A DNA stretch of 64,000 nt from Camelus ferus (taxonomy: Eukaryota), in the NCBI RefSeq assembly GCF_009834535.1, contig NC_045696.1, positions 49,974,001-50,038,000 on the forward strand. Reading direction: 5' to 3'. Made by a program: the position numbers and the translations under genes. Below, piece after piece: positions 13,001 to 26,897 of this stretch. Within the stretch, counting starts at the first letter, position 1. Every line of letters begins with the position of its first letter. The notes beneath the pieces are model-generated. The model was not told the origin of the DNA. It searched no databases and worked only from the letters and a program-made list of their open reading frames with translations.

Positions 13001-14500
13001 ACTAATAATTACTTTAAAAATGTATTTGTCTCTCAAATTATGTAGAAAACAAAAAGTGGAATCATACATCATTATTACAGTAATACTAGCTTTAATAATT
13101 GCCCATGTGTTTACCTTTACAGAAATTTTTATTTCTTCATATAGATTTTATTAATGTCTAGTGTCCTTTCATTTCAATCTGCAGGATGCTTTTTTATCAT
13201 CTTTCAGGGCAGGTCTAGTGGTTATGAATCTCTCAGCTTTTTAAAATCTGAGAATGTCTTAATTTATCCCTCACTTCTACAGGACAGCTTTCCTGAATAT
13301 ATGATATTTGGTTGATTTTTTTATTTCTTTTAGCACTTTGAATACATCAACCCACTTCCTTCTGGTCTCCAAAGTTTCTGATGAGAAATTTCTGATAATC
13401 TTATTGAGGATCCCTTGCATGTAATGCATTGCTCTTCTCTTGCTGATTTCAAAATTCTCTCTTTGTCTTTTGGCAGTTTGATTAGAATGTGTCTTTGTGT
13501 GGATCTCTTTCAGTTCACCCTACTTGAAATTCATTGAGCTTCTTGAATATTGATATTCATAATTTTCATCAAATTTAGAAAGCTTTCAGGCAAATATTTC
13601 TTCAGATATCCTGTTTCTTCCTCTTTCTCTTCTCCTTGCAGAGACATCCACAATGAATATGTTGGTCCTCTTGATGATATCGCATAGGTCCCTTAGATTC
13701 TGTTCACTTTTCCTTAATTATTTTCTTTTTGTTTCTCAGATACTGTAATTTCCATGGTTTTGTTTTAAAGGTGACTGATTCTTTCTTCTGCCTACTCAAG
13801 TATACCTTTTAGTTCTAGCCACACAGTGCTGTATATACTTTATATTAGGTTCATACTTAAGGATTTAATGTTTTTAAATGATACGGTGAATATAATATTT
13901 TTCCACATTTTCTTCCATTAGGGAAGAATTTTGAATGTTGATCTTATTGCTGGATATCCCATTGAATTATCTTATTGGTCCTATATTACTAACTTTAAGT
14001 TAATTCCCTAGGATTTTAGATTAAACAATCAACAAGTAATAATAGTTTTCCCCCTTTTCCAAAATTTCCATCTCTCAAGTTCCTTTTTCTTCCCCTTCTT
14101 GATCTGGCTAAGACCTACAGCACAGCATTCAATACTTGGAATGACACTGTTTATTCTTCTTTTGTTTCTAACATTAATGAAAATACTTCTAAATGTTCTG
14201 TCATCTAATACAAAGTTTGCTTCAGATTTTTACTAGATATTCTTTATCCAGTTAAGACTTGTCACTTCTTTTATTATCGTCTGAACATTATGAATGAGAA
14301 TTGAATTTTATCAAGTGATTTTTCTTCTTTAGTTGCTTAATGAGTGAGTTATATAGCTATTTTGGGAGATAAAACCTCCTTAGTCATAGTGTATTATGCT
14401 CTCAATATTCTGCCAGATTCAATTAGCTACTATTATGTTAAGAAGTTTTATATATGTATTCACAAGTACAATAGCTTAATGTTTTTTCTTATGCTATTCC
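10060..14500 (-). mobile_element. Cluster of antisense L1 fragments (best preserved 11215-13810)
   Basis: L1 3'UTR, ORF2 C-terminal, inter-ORF and ORF1 motifs in reverse orientation. Confidence 0.8.
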
Positions 14501-14939
14501 GAATTTGTACTTACAGGGTGAGTTGGGTTGTTCTCTATTTTTTCACATTTAAATAACTTAGAGAAAGGAAATATAACTGATTCTTACCCTATAGTTGAGT
14601 GTTCTTATAAATCATGGTTTCTATGCCACAGGCAATTCCCACAAACATACTGATATCCAGTGTAGCCTAGGATGAGGAATAGTTTCATTATATCTTTAAC
14701 CTGGGTGCAGAGCATAGAAAGAGGTGGTCCCTTACTGTGGCAGGAAAGGAAAGGGAAGTTGACCACTGGATCTGCAGGAAGGAAACTCTCTTTGGTGAGT
14801 GATTTCTTTAGACAGTTATTTTAAGTTAGATGTTTATATCTGAAGGATGGCCTATATTGGGAAGAGCCAAAAGCAGGTTTGAGGATCATACTTGACTATA
14901 TCAAGTAAGTATATTTGCTTTGAAAATATTCTACCTTAC

Positions 14940-15088
14940 CTTATTAATTTCAGAACCTTCAATTTTATGAAGAATTCCTTTTAACCTGAAGACTTTAATA
15001 ATTTCTCTGGCCAAATTGAGCATGACGTTAATCTCTTCCTTTGTTTTCATAGTGACAGCGATTTCTGGGTGATCGTATTCTAAGTAGC
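14940..15088 (-). CDS. SLC9C1: SLC9C1 coding exon 19 (GYLEYDHPEIAVTMKTKEEINVMLN...EGSEINK)
   Basis: ttttag| ... AAG|GTAAGG, 149 nt. Confidence 0.96.
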
Positions 15089-15622
15089 CTAAAAAAACCC
15101 AAAATATTTTCAGTTGAAATAAGGATATTGTTTAAATATTTCATGTGAACAATAAGCTAATATTTCTGCTCAAATTCATAGAATACAACCTTCATCACCG
15201 GGAAATATATCTCTCCCTGAAGAGACTGCTATAGTCAATCAAAGTTTACCAGTAGTTGCAGAGCTCTGCCTGACATTTTCTTGTCAGCAGCCCATACTTG
15301 TTTCTAAGCCCATGAAGAAGCACAGATAGCCGCGGTCCTGGGATTAACAATTACACTAATGCACTTGCCCTGGACACCAAGAGGCTCTTCAGGGCTCTAG
15401 GTCTGGAGACCATGACCCACTTTTCTGTTCTGTTTGAACCAGGATTTCTGACTACAGTTTGTGTCCTTAGATATGGCTTCTGATCAAGTTCTGTCACTCA
15501 GCCTGGGTCCTTTCCACCCACCCTGCTTGGGCATCCAGATGACTTATCCATCTATCTTCTTCGGCCTGTCTGATGTAGATCTCTGGATGCTCATCAGAGT
15601 TTCATCCACTTAAATTCCACAT

Positions 15623-15710
15623 TTGGCCTTTTTCTTGGTCATGACCTCTTGTTTGGTTTTCTTCTTGGTCATGACTTCTTGTCTGGCTTTTTCTGGTAAT
15701 GACCTATTGT
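15623..15710. repeat. 30-bp tandem repeat, about 3 copies
   Basis: ttggcctttttcttggtcatgacctcttgt / ttggttttcttcttggtcatgacttcttgt / ctggctttttctggtaatgacctattgt. Confidence 0.85.
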
Positions 15711-16225
15711 CTACCCAGCATGACTCACAAAATAGGCTGTCGTCATGTTTGGGCATCGAGCCTCCTAGCAGTCATACCAGTGATCTGTTAGACTGTTCTG
15801 ATTTCAACTCATTTTAAAGCCTAAATCCCCAGTTGGCAACTCTGTGGCAAAAGGAGGAAAAAATAACTTCTTTCCTTGTGTGGCTCCGGAAGGTATGTGT
15901 ACCTCTGGTTTGAAAGAAATTAGAATTTATAAGATGATACTACCATGCATAATTGTGACATGCTAATGTGTTTTCTTTAAGCAGAAATTAACAGTCCTTC
16001 ACTGTGGTATAGGACAGAGAAAACAAATGTGAAGAGGTAGTATTTCACTGTTCCTAGCCAGCTAAAAATATGATCATGTTGATTGTTGAATTTATCCACT
16101 TTATTACTGAATAGTTGGTAGGCTTCCTCAAAGATCAGTTAGTTTAGTTGTCAAAACCATTGCCTCTCTGAAGTAGTAATGCTAAGAGATGGTCATGCTG
16201 GATCTTTAGGGTGAGAGGTACCTAC

Positions 16226-16277
16226 CCAGTTCTTTCATAGCACGTCCCGTGTTCTTCGTTACCCTCCTTAATAACAT
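16226..16277 (-). CDS. SLC9C1: SLC9C1 coding exon 18 (MLLRRVTKNTGRAMKEL)
   Basis: ttgtag| ... G|GTAGGT, 52 nt; its phases bridge the flanking exons. Confidence 0.92.
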
Positions 16278-17650
16278 CTACAAAACAAAAGAAATGTTAT
16301 CCCCGTTGGAAAGTAAATGTTACAAAAATATCTTTACATTTGCAACTGATGAATTTTTAACATAAATTAATAACTTTATAGAGAAATATGATGGAGATCA
16401 TTTCAGGAATTAGAATTGAATTTTGTGCTGTGAATTTTATTTTACGCCAGCAAGCATGGTGGAGAGGGTAAGAAGTGGCATTACCCGGACCAATTTTGAG
16501 AAGCCTAAAGATGAGTCATATCTTTTTTCTTAAAGTAGCTCCCTTTAAGATACTATTGATTCTGAAAAATGCAGGCATGCTAGGTACTTTCCCATTTGAC
16601 TTCTGACAGCCTTCAAATTTGGGAAATAGGGGTGGCATTCAACCTTAAATGAGGTAGTTTTAGCCAAACCATGTGAGAGCAGAAATGAGGACTAAAACCG
16701 GCCAACATCTTAGAGATTCAAGCCCTTTTGTATTTTCTACGGTGTATCCTTAAGTTACAGTGCTAAATATGAGTGGTTAGAAAAGGTAACAAAATTCCGG
16801 AAAATAGTTTTAAAGTTATAGGCAGTGAAGAAAGAAAAAATACTGCTCTTTGTGTTCTACTACATACTGAATGCTCAATATTTTCAACTACAAAGATTTT
16901 GGCATATAACACATAGCATTTAAATGTTCTAAATTACCTTGAAAGGTGATCATTTAATTCCACACAACTGGCAAGCTTGTGGGCACATATCAGTGTTAAT
17001 CTGCCTCAACAGAGAAAATAAAAAACAAGATCTAGAACTTTAAGGTCCTAGAACCTTCTTTGCTGTTTACTAGCTATGTACGTGACTTTAGACATAATCA
17101 TTTAACCTCTCTTGGCTTCATTTTTCTCATCTGTGTGAGAGAATTAGACAAGGTTTCCCTCTAAATAAGTTACTGGTTCTTCTTTCCACTTGCCAGATCC
17201 CCATCCTTTACTTCTTTTATTCACTATGGAAAAATCAGGGATAGACAGAAATAGAAGGAGCCTTTGGAAATGATGAGTTAGGTCTGTTTGCTCAACAGTG
17301 CCATCACTTCTCATCCTCCAGTGTTTCCTATTTAATGCATCTGTAGCCTGACAGATCCTGGAACTTGCATTGAGAAAAGCTGACAACTGCATGTGGGTTT
17401 TGTGACAGCTCCACAAGGATCAAAAGGTGTGTTCCAAAACACTCATAACTTGTTAATACAGTACAGACACTGCAGTGAGGAGCCATTTGAGTAATCTAAA
17501 TGTAGACTATTTCAAGTTTTTACAGAAATTTCTTAGCAAACCAGGAGTCAAAGATCACACCTACACATATAGGCAGAAGACATGATGAGTGAGGGCAACT
17601 GACGGATGGGGTAAATATACACTGTTCTTGGTATTTAAAGTTTTCCTCAC

Positions 17651-17800
17651 CTGTTTAATCTGTTTAGAACTTGCAATCTTATCGATTATGGTCATTATGT
17701 CTGCTTCGCCTTGGACATACCCTTTTAGGATAGCATACCTAAAGGACAGCTGATGCCTCATATTTTTGTCTATTACTTGCAGCAACTTTGGTGTCACGAG
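17651..17800 (-). CDS. SLC9C1: SLC9C1 coding exon 17 (LVTPKLLQVIDK...KGYVQGEAD...SSKQIKQ)
   Basis: tttcag| ... CAG|GTGAGG, 150 nt. Confidence 0.95.
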
Positions 17801-18905
17801 CTGAAAAAACAGGACTGCCGTTTAACACAGATTGTACAAATTTTAGTTGATTTTATGTTGGTTAGTTTAACTAAGATAGGTAATAATAGGAAATGATACG
17901 CTGTCAATGGTAACTATAGTAACTGGTCAGGATTTTTAGTTATTTTATTTCTAGTATCTCTATAACTTCGTGGCTAGAGCAATTTCCTCATAACTGATAA
18001 TATCAGACTCCTTTGTAAGTTATGATTTATTCTTTACTTATTTCTCTTAGAGAATTGCATGCTATTTGCACCTGGTTCAAATCCTTGAAAAACATGTGAT
18101 TACTCTTCTGGGCTTAGGTCATAAAATGACTGTCTATGAAGTACTGCCACTTTTACCTGCTAAACCTCCTCCTAACCTTCTCACTAGGTGGTTCATTTGG
18201 GTTTGAGCCCACCGCAGCTATACTCCTTATTTGACCCCACCATTAATTTCTAGTTGTTTTTTTGCTAAGTTTTAAGTCTCCAGGTTATCTGTTACCACTG
18301 TACAGTCCCCTAATTTCAGCAGAGTTGGCTCGTCCCTATGTTTTCCTCTCTGTGCTCCACAGTTTCCACATTCATATAGAAAATAAATAACTACCCATTA
18401 TTCTTGCTATAGAAAGACATATTAGACAATCCAAGCTCATTTTTGATGCTGTGATTCTATAATACTATGAATTCATATAACACAAAATGTGTACTTTTTT
18501 GGTTTCTTAATGTATATGAATGTATACTATTTGCTTTATCAATATGAATGGTGTGTACAGTTTGTTTTGTTGATTCTGTCTTTTATTTTTGGTATTCATA
18601 TGAATAAACATTACTTTGGGGTTAATTTGTACTTACACTAATACAGATTTTTTTTATGTGCTCTCTACTCAAAGGAAAAGCTGTGATGAATATTTCTGTA
18701 CTTTCATGTGCTAAATGAATTTCTAATGTAATTTGAATATTCATAATGCTATGAATATTAATTTGTCAAAGAGATCTAAAATTTAAAATTTAAGCATCAG
18801 TCCAACAGAAAGTGGAAGCCACAAAACTGGTAAATTGATTTTAGTCCATATTATGTGAAGCTGTCAGGAGAAGTTTGCAACTGCATGAATTTCATAGTTC
18901 TTTAC

Positions 18906-19091
18906 CTTCAAAATGCGTAGAATGCGAAGAAATCGAACAATTTTTATAAAAACCACAGTTTGAATCAAATAATAACTAGAGTTAGTAGCATTTGTCTCAA
19001 TAAGCATTACATCTATGATGCCAACTAATGTAACTGTTAACTCAAATAGGTTCCAGGCATGTAAAAAATACTCCTTCCTCATTGCTGCTAC
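18906..19091 (-). CDS. SLC9C1: SLC9C1 coding exon 16, VSD S3-S4 (VAAMRKEYFLHAWNLFE...KIVRFLRILRILK)
   Basis: caacag| ... AAG|GTAAAG, 186 nt; WNxFE S3 motif and basic residues every third position in S4. Confidence 0.96.
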
Positions 19092-20159
19092 CTGTTGATT
19101 TAAAAAGAAATTGCATTACCTTATTTGTTTTTGCTTTTACAACACCACTTTCCATAATAATTAAAACATTGCGAGTTAGCGTTTTCTCTGACCTACCTTC
19201 AGACTCCTTTTTTGAAATACTAGTAAGTGGTCATATCAACTTGAAATTTAATTGTTAAAATATTGAAGCATCTCCTCCAATGGAGAAAATATTCAAAATA
19301 TCTATTCTTTTATGATAGTTCACTCATTCTTTCTTTATTAAAAAAAAAGGTTTTATTGAAAAGCTACTTAACTAAGAGAATAGTAGCTATCAAAGATGAC
19401 TGTGGATTCTAGCCTGGGAAACCGGGTTTCCAGTGGAATTTTAAAGCAAGAGTAGATTTAGAGACATCAAATTTGTTCTGAATATGCTGTTTGGGATGTT
19501 TGCACAGTATTTTGTTGTAGAGATCCAGTCATCAGTGGTCTGTGTGATCTGAGGCTTTAGATAAAATCTGAGCTGGAGCCATGGTTTGAGGAGTCATTAG
19601 GCTGTGAATGGTCGTTGGTGGCAGGGAAGTGGCTGAGACAGCATGGCCCACGAGACCTGCTGTTTAATTCACGTCTTTATCTCCTGTCTCCTGTGTGGAG
19701 GATATGGAAAAGTCTTCTGATTTAACATCTCTGCAGTCTCCATCCTGACCAACCCATCCCCAGGCTCCTGTCATTAGGAATAATGCTGTTTGTCACACCA
19801 TTGCTTCTAACTTTTCCCTTGCTCTTTTCGTCCACCGTGCTGCATACTCACATCCTCGATCTCTACTTTGACTCCTATTCATTATTCAAATTCAACTCAA
19901 GCATCTCCTTTCCTTGATCGCCTTCCTTCTCTGACCCTACTATTCTGTGTAAAGAACTGCTTTTTTTTTTCCCCATAGCACCCTGTGTATTTCTCTATTA
20001 TAATACTTAAGATACTAACTTGTAATTTTGATTAATTTGGGTTTTTTTTAGCAGCCTGATTCCCCTACTCACTGTGATTCAGAGAAAGTATAGGAGACAG
20101 ACACATTTAGGCCAGAAAAGCACATGTGCCATTGTAAGTTAAGAGATTGCCATACTTTG

Positions 20160-20285
20160 TGGGGTTTTTTCTTGAGGAGGGGTATAATTAGGTTTATTTA
20201 CTTATTTATTTATTTAATAAAGGTACTGGGGGTTGAACCCAGGTCCTTGTGCATGCACACTCTACCACTGAGCTATACCCTCCCC
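20160..20285 (-). mobile_element. tRNA-Ala-derived camelid SINE
   Basis: GGGGAGGGTATAGCTCAGTGGTAGAG...GGTTCAACCCC on the minus strand; imperfect GCCATA(A)CTT TSD. Confidence 0.85.
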
Positions 20286-22280
20286 TGCAGCCATAACTTG
20301 TTTATAAACCAACTCCTGTGTGTTTAGTGGTAGAGGGTCAGTTCCCTTGAATCTGCTCATATTTGGCAGGGCGGAGGAAATTCAATGTCTAAATTTAGAA
20401 AGCAGAAGACCAGGTCCTGGTCTTACTAGGTCCTGCTCAAGGAACAATTTAGCTCCTACAGGTGCTTCATTTCATTCTTATTGAAACAGAGCATAGGCTG
20501 TATCATTTTCTTAGGAACATGAAAAAACTGGTATAATGAGTATGACCTTATCCAGATACCAAGTATTCAGACACATGAAGGAGTTATTTGGAGGTCAGTA
20601 GAACACAGCCACAGGAAAAGAAGAGCTTGGTGTAAAAGGCTAGTGTAGGCTTCAAAGGAAGAGGGGTTTGTTGAATATATGGCTGTAAAAGGCTGGTTGG
20701 AAGCTCTGGTAATGGAAGTCCGTGGCATTCAGATGCAGAAGAGTCATTACCTTCTTCTGAGAAAGTTTCCAAAGACCCATCACACTAATAGGTTGAGGAG
20801 TGTTTGAGGGAAAGTTTGAAAATACAAAAAGGAAAGTTAAAGCATAATTGTATATTAGAAAGAAGACAAAGTTTGAGGGATTGGATCCTAACTCTACTAT
20901 TCATGAGCTATGTGACTTTAAACAAGTTACACAATTTATCAGAGACTTGGGTCCCGCTCCTGTAAAATGCATGGCATAGTGTCTACATTAAAGGGTTAAT
21001 TTAATGATTTGAAATGTTGTAATCAAAATGACTGGTACCTTATGGGTGATCATTTATTATTACTGTTATTAACATGATATTTAAAAAGGCACAGTACAAA
21101 GGGGCAAAACTCAACTAAAAAGAAAAGATGTTGAAGGATATGATACGTGAAGGCAAGCATGCAAATTGGGCAGCGAAGATGAATGTTGAGTTAAATAGAA
21201 GGGAGAGACAGGAACAGGAGTGCACAGCTGGGAGTATCCTCTCAGCTACAGGGTGTAATGGTGTCTCTGCGGTCCTGCTCTGCTGTCTTAAGTGGACCTG
21301 ACTGAATGGAGCTACGGCTGTGCACAGCTATGATAGCAGCTTAAACCTGGCAAAGCACAAAGACAACAGAGCTAGAAGGATCTTTATCTATCATTTAGGC
21401 CAACTTTGACGTTTTATAGAAGAAATTGAGATTGGGAGAAGTTGAGTAACGTGGTAAACAGCTAACAGGTTTGTCAGAGAAAATCGAAACCAGAATCAAT
21501 TCTGCTGCACCCCAGCTCAGTGCTCTTTCCATGACAGTACATATTATATGATTTTAGGGAACGCTTTACTCTCACCCGCACCCAAGTACTAACTCTAACC
21601 CTAACTGCTTTATTTCTTCTTAATTATGTGGCCTCTCCCATGGTCTTTACAACTAACCTGTAATTTATTACACACAATGTGATTGAATAGGAATTCATTC
21701 CCCTCCCCTTACCAATCATAACTCTGCAGTAGCATTTTAATTTTCCACTAAAGATTTAAGATTCATCTATTTTGTCTACATAAATATAATTCTTCTATTT
21801 AAATCTCTGGCTTAAAACATTTTATATTACAACTTGATCTACTATGAAACAATACTATTATCAATTTGTGGGCATACATTTCCATCATTTAACAACTACC
21901 TTTATATGGGATTTAAAAAAATCAAATTACAAAATGTTTTTCAAGTATAAATGAATCTCTGTCATCTACCTTTTCATCTGTTTATCTACCTAGTATTAAA
22001 AATAATAAAATGAACATCCATGTGCTCACCATCTTGCTAAGTTGAAGAACATTGTCAATACCTTTGTAACCCACTCTGTGTCCCCTTGACACACTATTTT
22101 AAAATTTTTTTTGCAAATAAAAATCAGTCCTTAAAGTATGAATATTTTCTAAAATACCCAAAAAATCACATTTAAAAATGAAAGTTTATTTGTATTGAGA
22201 AGTGAGAGAGAATTTTGTAGAAAACTGACTGCAGTTAGTGTTGAAAAATGAAATTGAGAAATCTCCCTGTTAGACATATA

Positions 22281-22313
22281 ACACACACACACACACATAC
22301 ACACACACACACA
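22281..22313. repeat. (CA)n microsatellite about 11 nt from the coding exon 15 donor
   Basis: Direct read. Confidence 0.9.
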
Positions 22314-22324
22314 TTTTAGATTAC

Positions 22325-22520
22325 CTTAAGTAAGGCCTCCACAATATAAAATGCAAGAAAAAAGTAGTTAGCATGTCTTAATTCATGCTCATAGATAACA
22401 TTTAACCCAGGTATCCAAGAAATTATAATAGGAAATATATTCATTAGTGTTACAAGGTATCCGACATACTCAAATTCATCAGCAAAAACTATTCTATGGC
22501 ATCCACGAAGAAAGCAATGG
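22325..22520 (-). CDS. SLC9C1: SLC9C1 coding exon 15, VSD S1-S2 (SHCFLRGCHRIVFADEFEY...FYIVEALLK)
   Basis: ttacag| ... AAG|GTAATC, 196 nt; S2-type F...E...K motif. Confidence 0.95.
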
Positions 22521-23519
22521 CTGTAAAAAAAAAAAGAGAGAGAGAGAGATAGTTTTATCTGATAAAAAATTACACTGAATTATTTTAATTGTATGCTCAG
22601 TTCTGTTTAATCATCAATAGCTACAGAGTCCAGCTTAATTCTGAGAAGTAGCCATCACTTCCAGGCACTTTCTGGCATCCTACTTTCAGTACTGTCCCTT
22701 TAATTTCCTCCTCTGCTAGATGTCTCCAGGCTGGCTTTCCCTATTTTCTTCTGACTTTCCTCACCTCACCTCTTACTCATTTTTACTTATACTTTTAATA
22801 CAAATATTTTAGGTCGTAAGACAGGGATATTTCAAATTGGAAATATTAAGAACAAAAAGTAAAAATCCCTCCCACCTTCTAGCAATTCCACTTCTCAGAG
22901 ATGACTACTATTACTAGCTTGAATATTGTTCCAGTCTTTTTGTTTATATAATCATTATCTAAAAATGCAAAAGGAATTATATCATATGTATTATTCTATA
23001 ACCTATTTTTTCCTTTTAGCAGTGTTATCAGGAGCATTTTTCCTTGTCAAAGCCTATAATCTGGAACAAATCCCAGGATGTTTGGTAGTAGAACAGGATG
23101 CATCCACATTTTATCAAAAAATATAAATTAATGTATATGCTTTAAAAACTACTTCTATACTGAGTATGCTAGAGAGTGGAATTGTGGATGAGAGGATTTA
23201 CTTAATGTATTTTTAATTTTATTTTTAAATTATTCACACAGTATAATAATGCATTATTATTGCTAAAACTCAAATGAAATGATTAATCAATTACTGATTA
23301 GAGTGGGTAAGTGCTGGATTCCTTAGCTATTCTTAGAAAAAGAAAAAAAAACTATGACTACATCTAAGATCCTGTCATCAAATTGCAGAAACCCTCCAAG
23401 GCCTCAGGCAGTGCCAGTGAGAGAGAAGCCCTAGAGTGTAAGCCTTGTTAACTTCATGGTAACACTGCCTTTGCCCTTCTCAGCCCTCTCTCCAGACAGT
23501 TTTCTCTTTCTTTTTTTAA

Positions 23520-24550
23520 AAAAATTTCAGCCATATTGAGGTATAATTGACATACAAAATTGTAGACATTTGAAGGGTACATCATAGTGGTTTGATACAC
23601 ATATACACTGTGAAAGGAGTCCCTCATCTAGTTAATTAACACATTCATTAAGATTGCACAGAATTCTTTTTTTTTTTTTGAGGTGCGACCATTTAAGCTC
23701 TACTCTCTAGCAAATTTCAATTACAAAATTGTTCTCAGTTATAGTCGCCATGTCTTTCATTAGCTCTTCAGACCTTATTCACCTTATGACAGTTTGTAAC
23801 CTTTTACCAACCTCTCTCTATTTCCTCAACCCCTCAGCTCCTGTAACTGATTTTTACTGTTCCCATGAGTTGACTCTTTAAAAATCTGAATTGGTTTATT
23901 AGTTCTAACAGGTTTTGGTAGGGTCCTTATATATATATGAAATATCATGTCATCTGCAAATAAAGACACTAACTTCTTCCCTTCTGTGTGGATAATTTTC
24001 TTTCTTGTTTTCTTTGCCTAATTTCTCTTTCAGGACTATGTTAAATAAAATTGATAAGGAGAGGCACCCTTGTCTTGTTTCTGGTCTTAGAGGAAAAGCT
24101 TTCTGTCTTTCATAACTGACTATATTGTTCACTGTGAAACTGTCATATATGGCCTTTATTATATTGAGATATGTTTCAACTTTACCCAGTTTGTTGAGTT
24201 TTTATCATAAATGGATGTTGAATTTTTTCAAATTCTTTTTCTGCATCTATTGGTATGATCGTATGATTTTTCATAAGTTGTATGATTCTATTTATATGAA
24301 ATATCTGAAATAGGTAAATTCATAGAGGCAGAAAGCAGACTAGTGCTATTCAGGAGCTGGAGTAGGGTGAGTGGGAATGAGAATGACTGCTTAATGGGTA
24401 CTGGGTTTATATTTGGGGCAATGAAAATGTTGTGGAATTTGATAGAGGTGATGGCTGCTCAACACTGTGAATGTACTAGGTAACACTGTATGGTATGCTT
24501 AAAAATGGTTAATGATTAATCCTCTTATGTGAAATTTACCTCAATAATAA
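23520..24550. mobile_element. L1 fragments (minus strand 23520-24270; plus-strand 3' end 24272-24550)
   Basis: ORF 23950..24132 KAFPLRPETRQGCLSLSILFNIVL is the L1 RT motif. Confidence 0.85.
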
Positions 24551-24723
24551 AAGTTATGACACCATATCTTTTTTATTTAAGTAACTTTTTATATGTATGT
24601 AAATAATTGAGTTGTAAACTACCTCAGGTATTTTGCAAAGTATTCAGAATATAAATTTTTAAAGAACAATACAAAGGAAATTTCAAATACAATAGTATTT
24701 CTGGTAAGGTTCAAAGCACTTAC

Positions 24724-24843
24724 CTTGATGGTATCCCTTTTTCCTTTTTTGTATTATACACCCAATTGAGCAATACTTTTCTAGTAAAGACAAGAATTTT
24801 TTTGCTTTCAGAATAATTCTTTATGGTATCAGCATTAATATAT
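24724..24843 (-). CDS. SLC9C1: SLC9C1 coding exon 14 (EYINADTIKNYSESKK...NWVYNTKKEKGIPS)
   Basis: ttttag| ... AG|GTAAGT, 120 nt. Confidence 0.95.
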
Positions 24844-26866
24844 CTAAAAAAAAAGACAAATTTTAAAAAAATACTTTAAAATTTTTGAAATATGTTTAAT
24901 GCAGTATTGTCAGGAAGCAGAAAGACTATTTTGTCCAGTGATGAGAGGAAATGAGACACTTTCATGGGCATGGGTGCAAGTCATGAAGATGTAGATATAA
25001 GCGGATATATAATTATGAAGTTAGGTTGTGGGACATCAAACAGGGAGTATAAAAAATTGGAGAGAAATGGTACAAAATAGTAGAGAAGTCAAGGTTCAGG
25101 GAGAGAAAGCATATCATGATCCAAATATATGTGGGTTTTAATGCTGGATCCTCCATTATCTGGTGTGGCAATGAGTGAATCACTTCACTCACCTATTTGC
25201 TCTGTGAAATGGAGATAAAAATACTTATGCCAGCCTGGGCTGATTCAATGAGAAAGTATGTATGAGGCACCCATCTCGCATATCTTCCCATCTCTTTTCT
25301 TTTACCTTCTGGGCAAGTGATCAGGGCATTTATGGGGAAAATACAAGTAGTGAAATGAAAGAGCAAAATGGTTACTTGGAGAAGTCAGTGCTCATAACCT
25401 TCCCAAAACATTTTGGTAGCACTTGTCTCAAGTTGCCTATAAAGTTCTGTTGACTTCTCCATTGAGACAGCTCAAATCAATGTGCTATGATTTGCTTGCT
25501 TAGCGAACTTCCTTTGTTTTATGAGGAATTTATCTGCTGCTGACCACATGTGCTCATTATCTTTCTTGGATGGAGGACAGGGCTCCAGTCTTGGATCTGG
25601 GGCCCTACCTTAATGGAAGGGCATTGGGGGCTTAAGGTCAAAGTTGGACTTTGTTCTCCCTATGGATTATAACGTTCTCACTCTAAAATTTGGGCAGTTT
25701 CTCTGCTACAGGAATACTGATATAATTTAAAACAAGGAAGTTATTCAATTATCTGTGAGTCAACATAATTTTCCATGTAGTAGTTATATGGAAAATCATG
25801 AATGTGTATATGACTTTATTCATTTCTGATTTTTAAAATATTTACAGTAGGTTGCAGTAAGTGTTCTACAGAAATAATAAATAAGAGGGCATTCTGGACC
25901 CATGAAGGGGGGGTGTTTAATATAGTCTTGGGGAATCAGGAAAACTTCCTGAAGGAATTAATGTCTAAGCTAAGATCTGACCATTTCACAAATTCCTATG
26001 AATCCTAAAATTCTGTGATATCAATGTATGTGATGTTTTACAGACCAAATTACTGTGTCTTTTAAGGTCCTGAATTCCTATGTTACATCAACATGTTCAC
26101 TGTTTACACCTGATTTAGGAAAAGAGTATGATCTCTTTAACTGGATAGAGAGGCAGCTTAGCTTTGAATCCGGGCTCTGTAATTCATTAGTCAAGTAACC
26201 TTGGGTGAATTATTTAACCTCACTATGCCCATCTACAAAATGATAATAATAAAAGCACTTATAGGAATTTTATGACATTAAATAGGTAATACAAGTAATA
26301 TGTTTAAAACTGTGTCTGACATAAGACTCAATAAATAAAATCTCTATTCAAAGCATTTCTTCTTAGGCACTTAGCACAGGTCTCGGGACCTCTGTTTAAA
26401 CCAACCATTCTATCTTTTTAGACTTCTTCTCTTGCCACAGGACACCCCAGCCCATAGGGCTACTGATAAGAATGATCAGCAAATGGCAAAATCAGCTTTA
26501 AGGCAGCCCAGCAAAGAAGCAACTACTGAATACAAGTGTAATTCATAGACAGTCCTCCTGGGATTTGAACACCATTTCAATAATCTTGATGTTCTCCACA
26601 GTGCCTGGCATATAGCTTTGCACACACTAGTGTTGAATATTTATCTCTTGCATGTACAAATGAAGTGTAATACATTGCAAAACTTGCCTTTTCTGTCCAC
26701 CATGAGTCCTTTCAACCCTTAACCCCTTTTCCCCACTGTTTATCTCCTCTTTGTATCCATTAAATCTGGATCCTCAGAGGCATATGTTGCTTCTGCCTTC
26801 AAGGAGGATTTAAAAAGGAAAAATCAAAGTGGTGAGCTAAATTGCTCTATACGGGTGCTGTGTGTT

Positions 26867-26897
<31 letters not shown>

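Noticed and set aside
12900..13075. About 95-bp direct repeat (aaattatgtagaaaacaaaa twice)
   Set aside because: Internal duplication within a decayed L1; no functional signal
15623..15817. Repetitive peptide ORF (FFLVMTSCL twice) or CRISPR-like array
   Set aside because: Plain 30-bp tandem repeat without spacers in a mammalian intron
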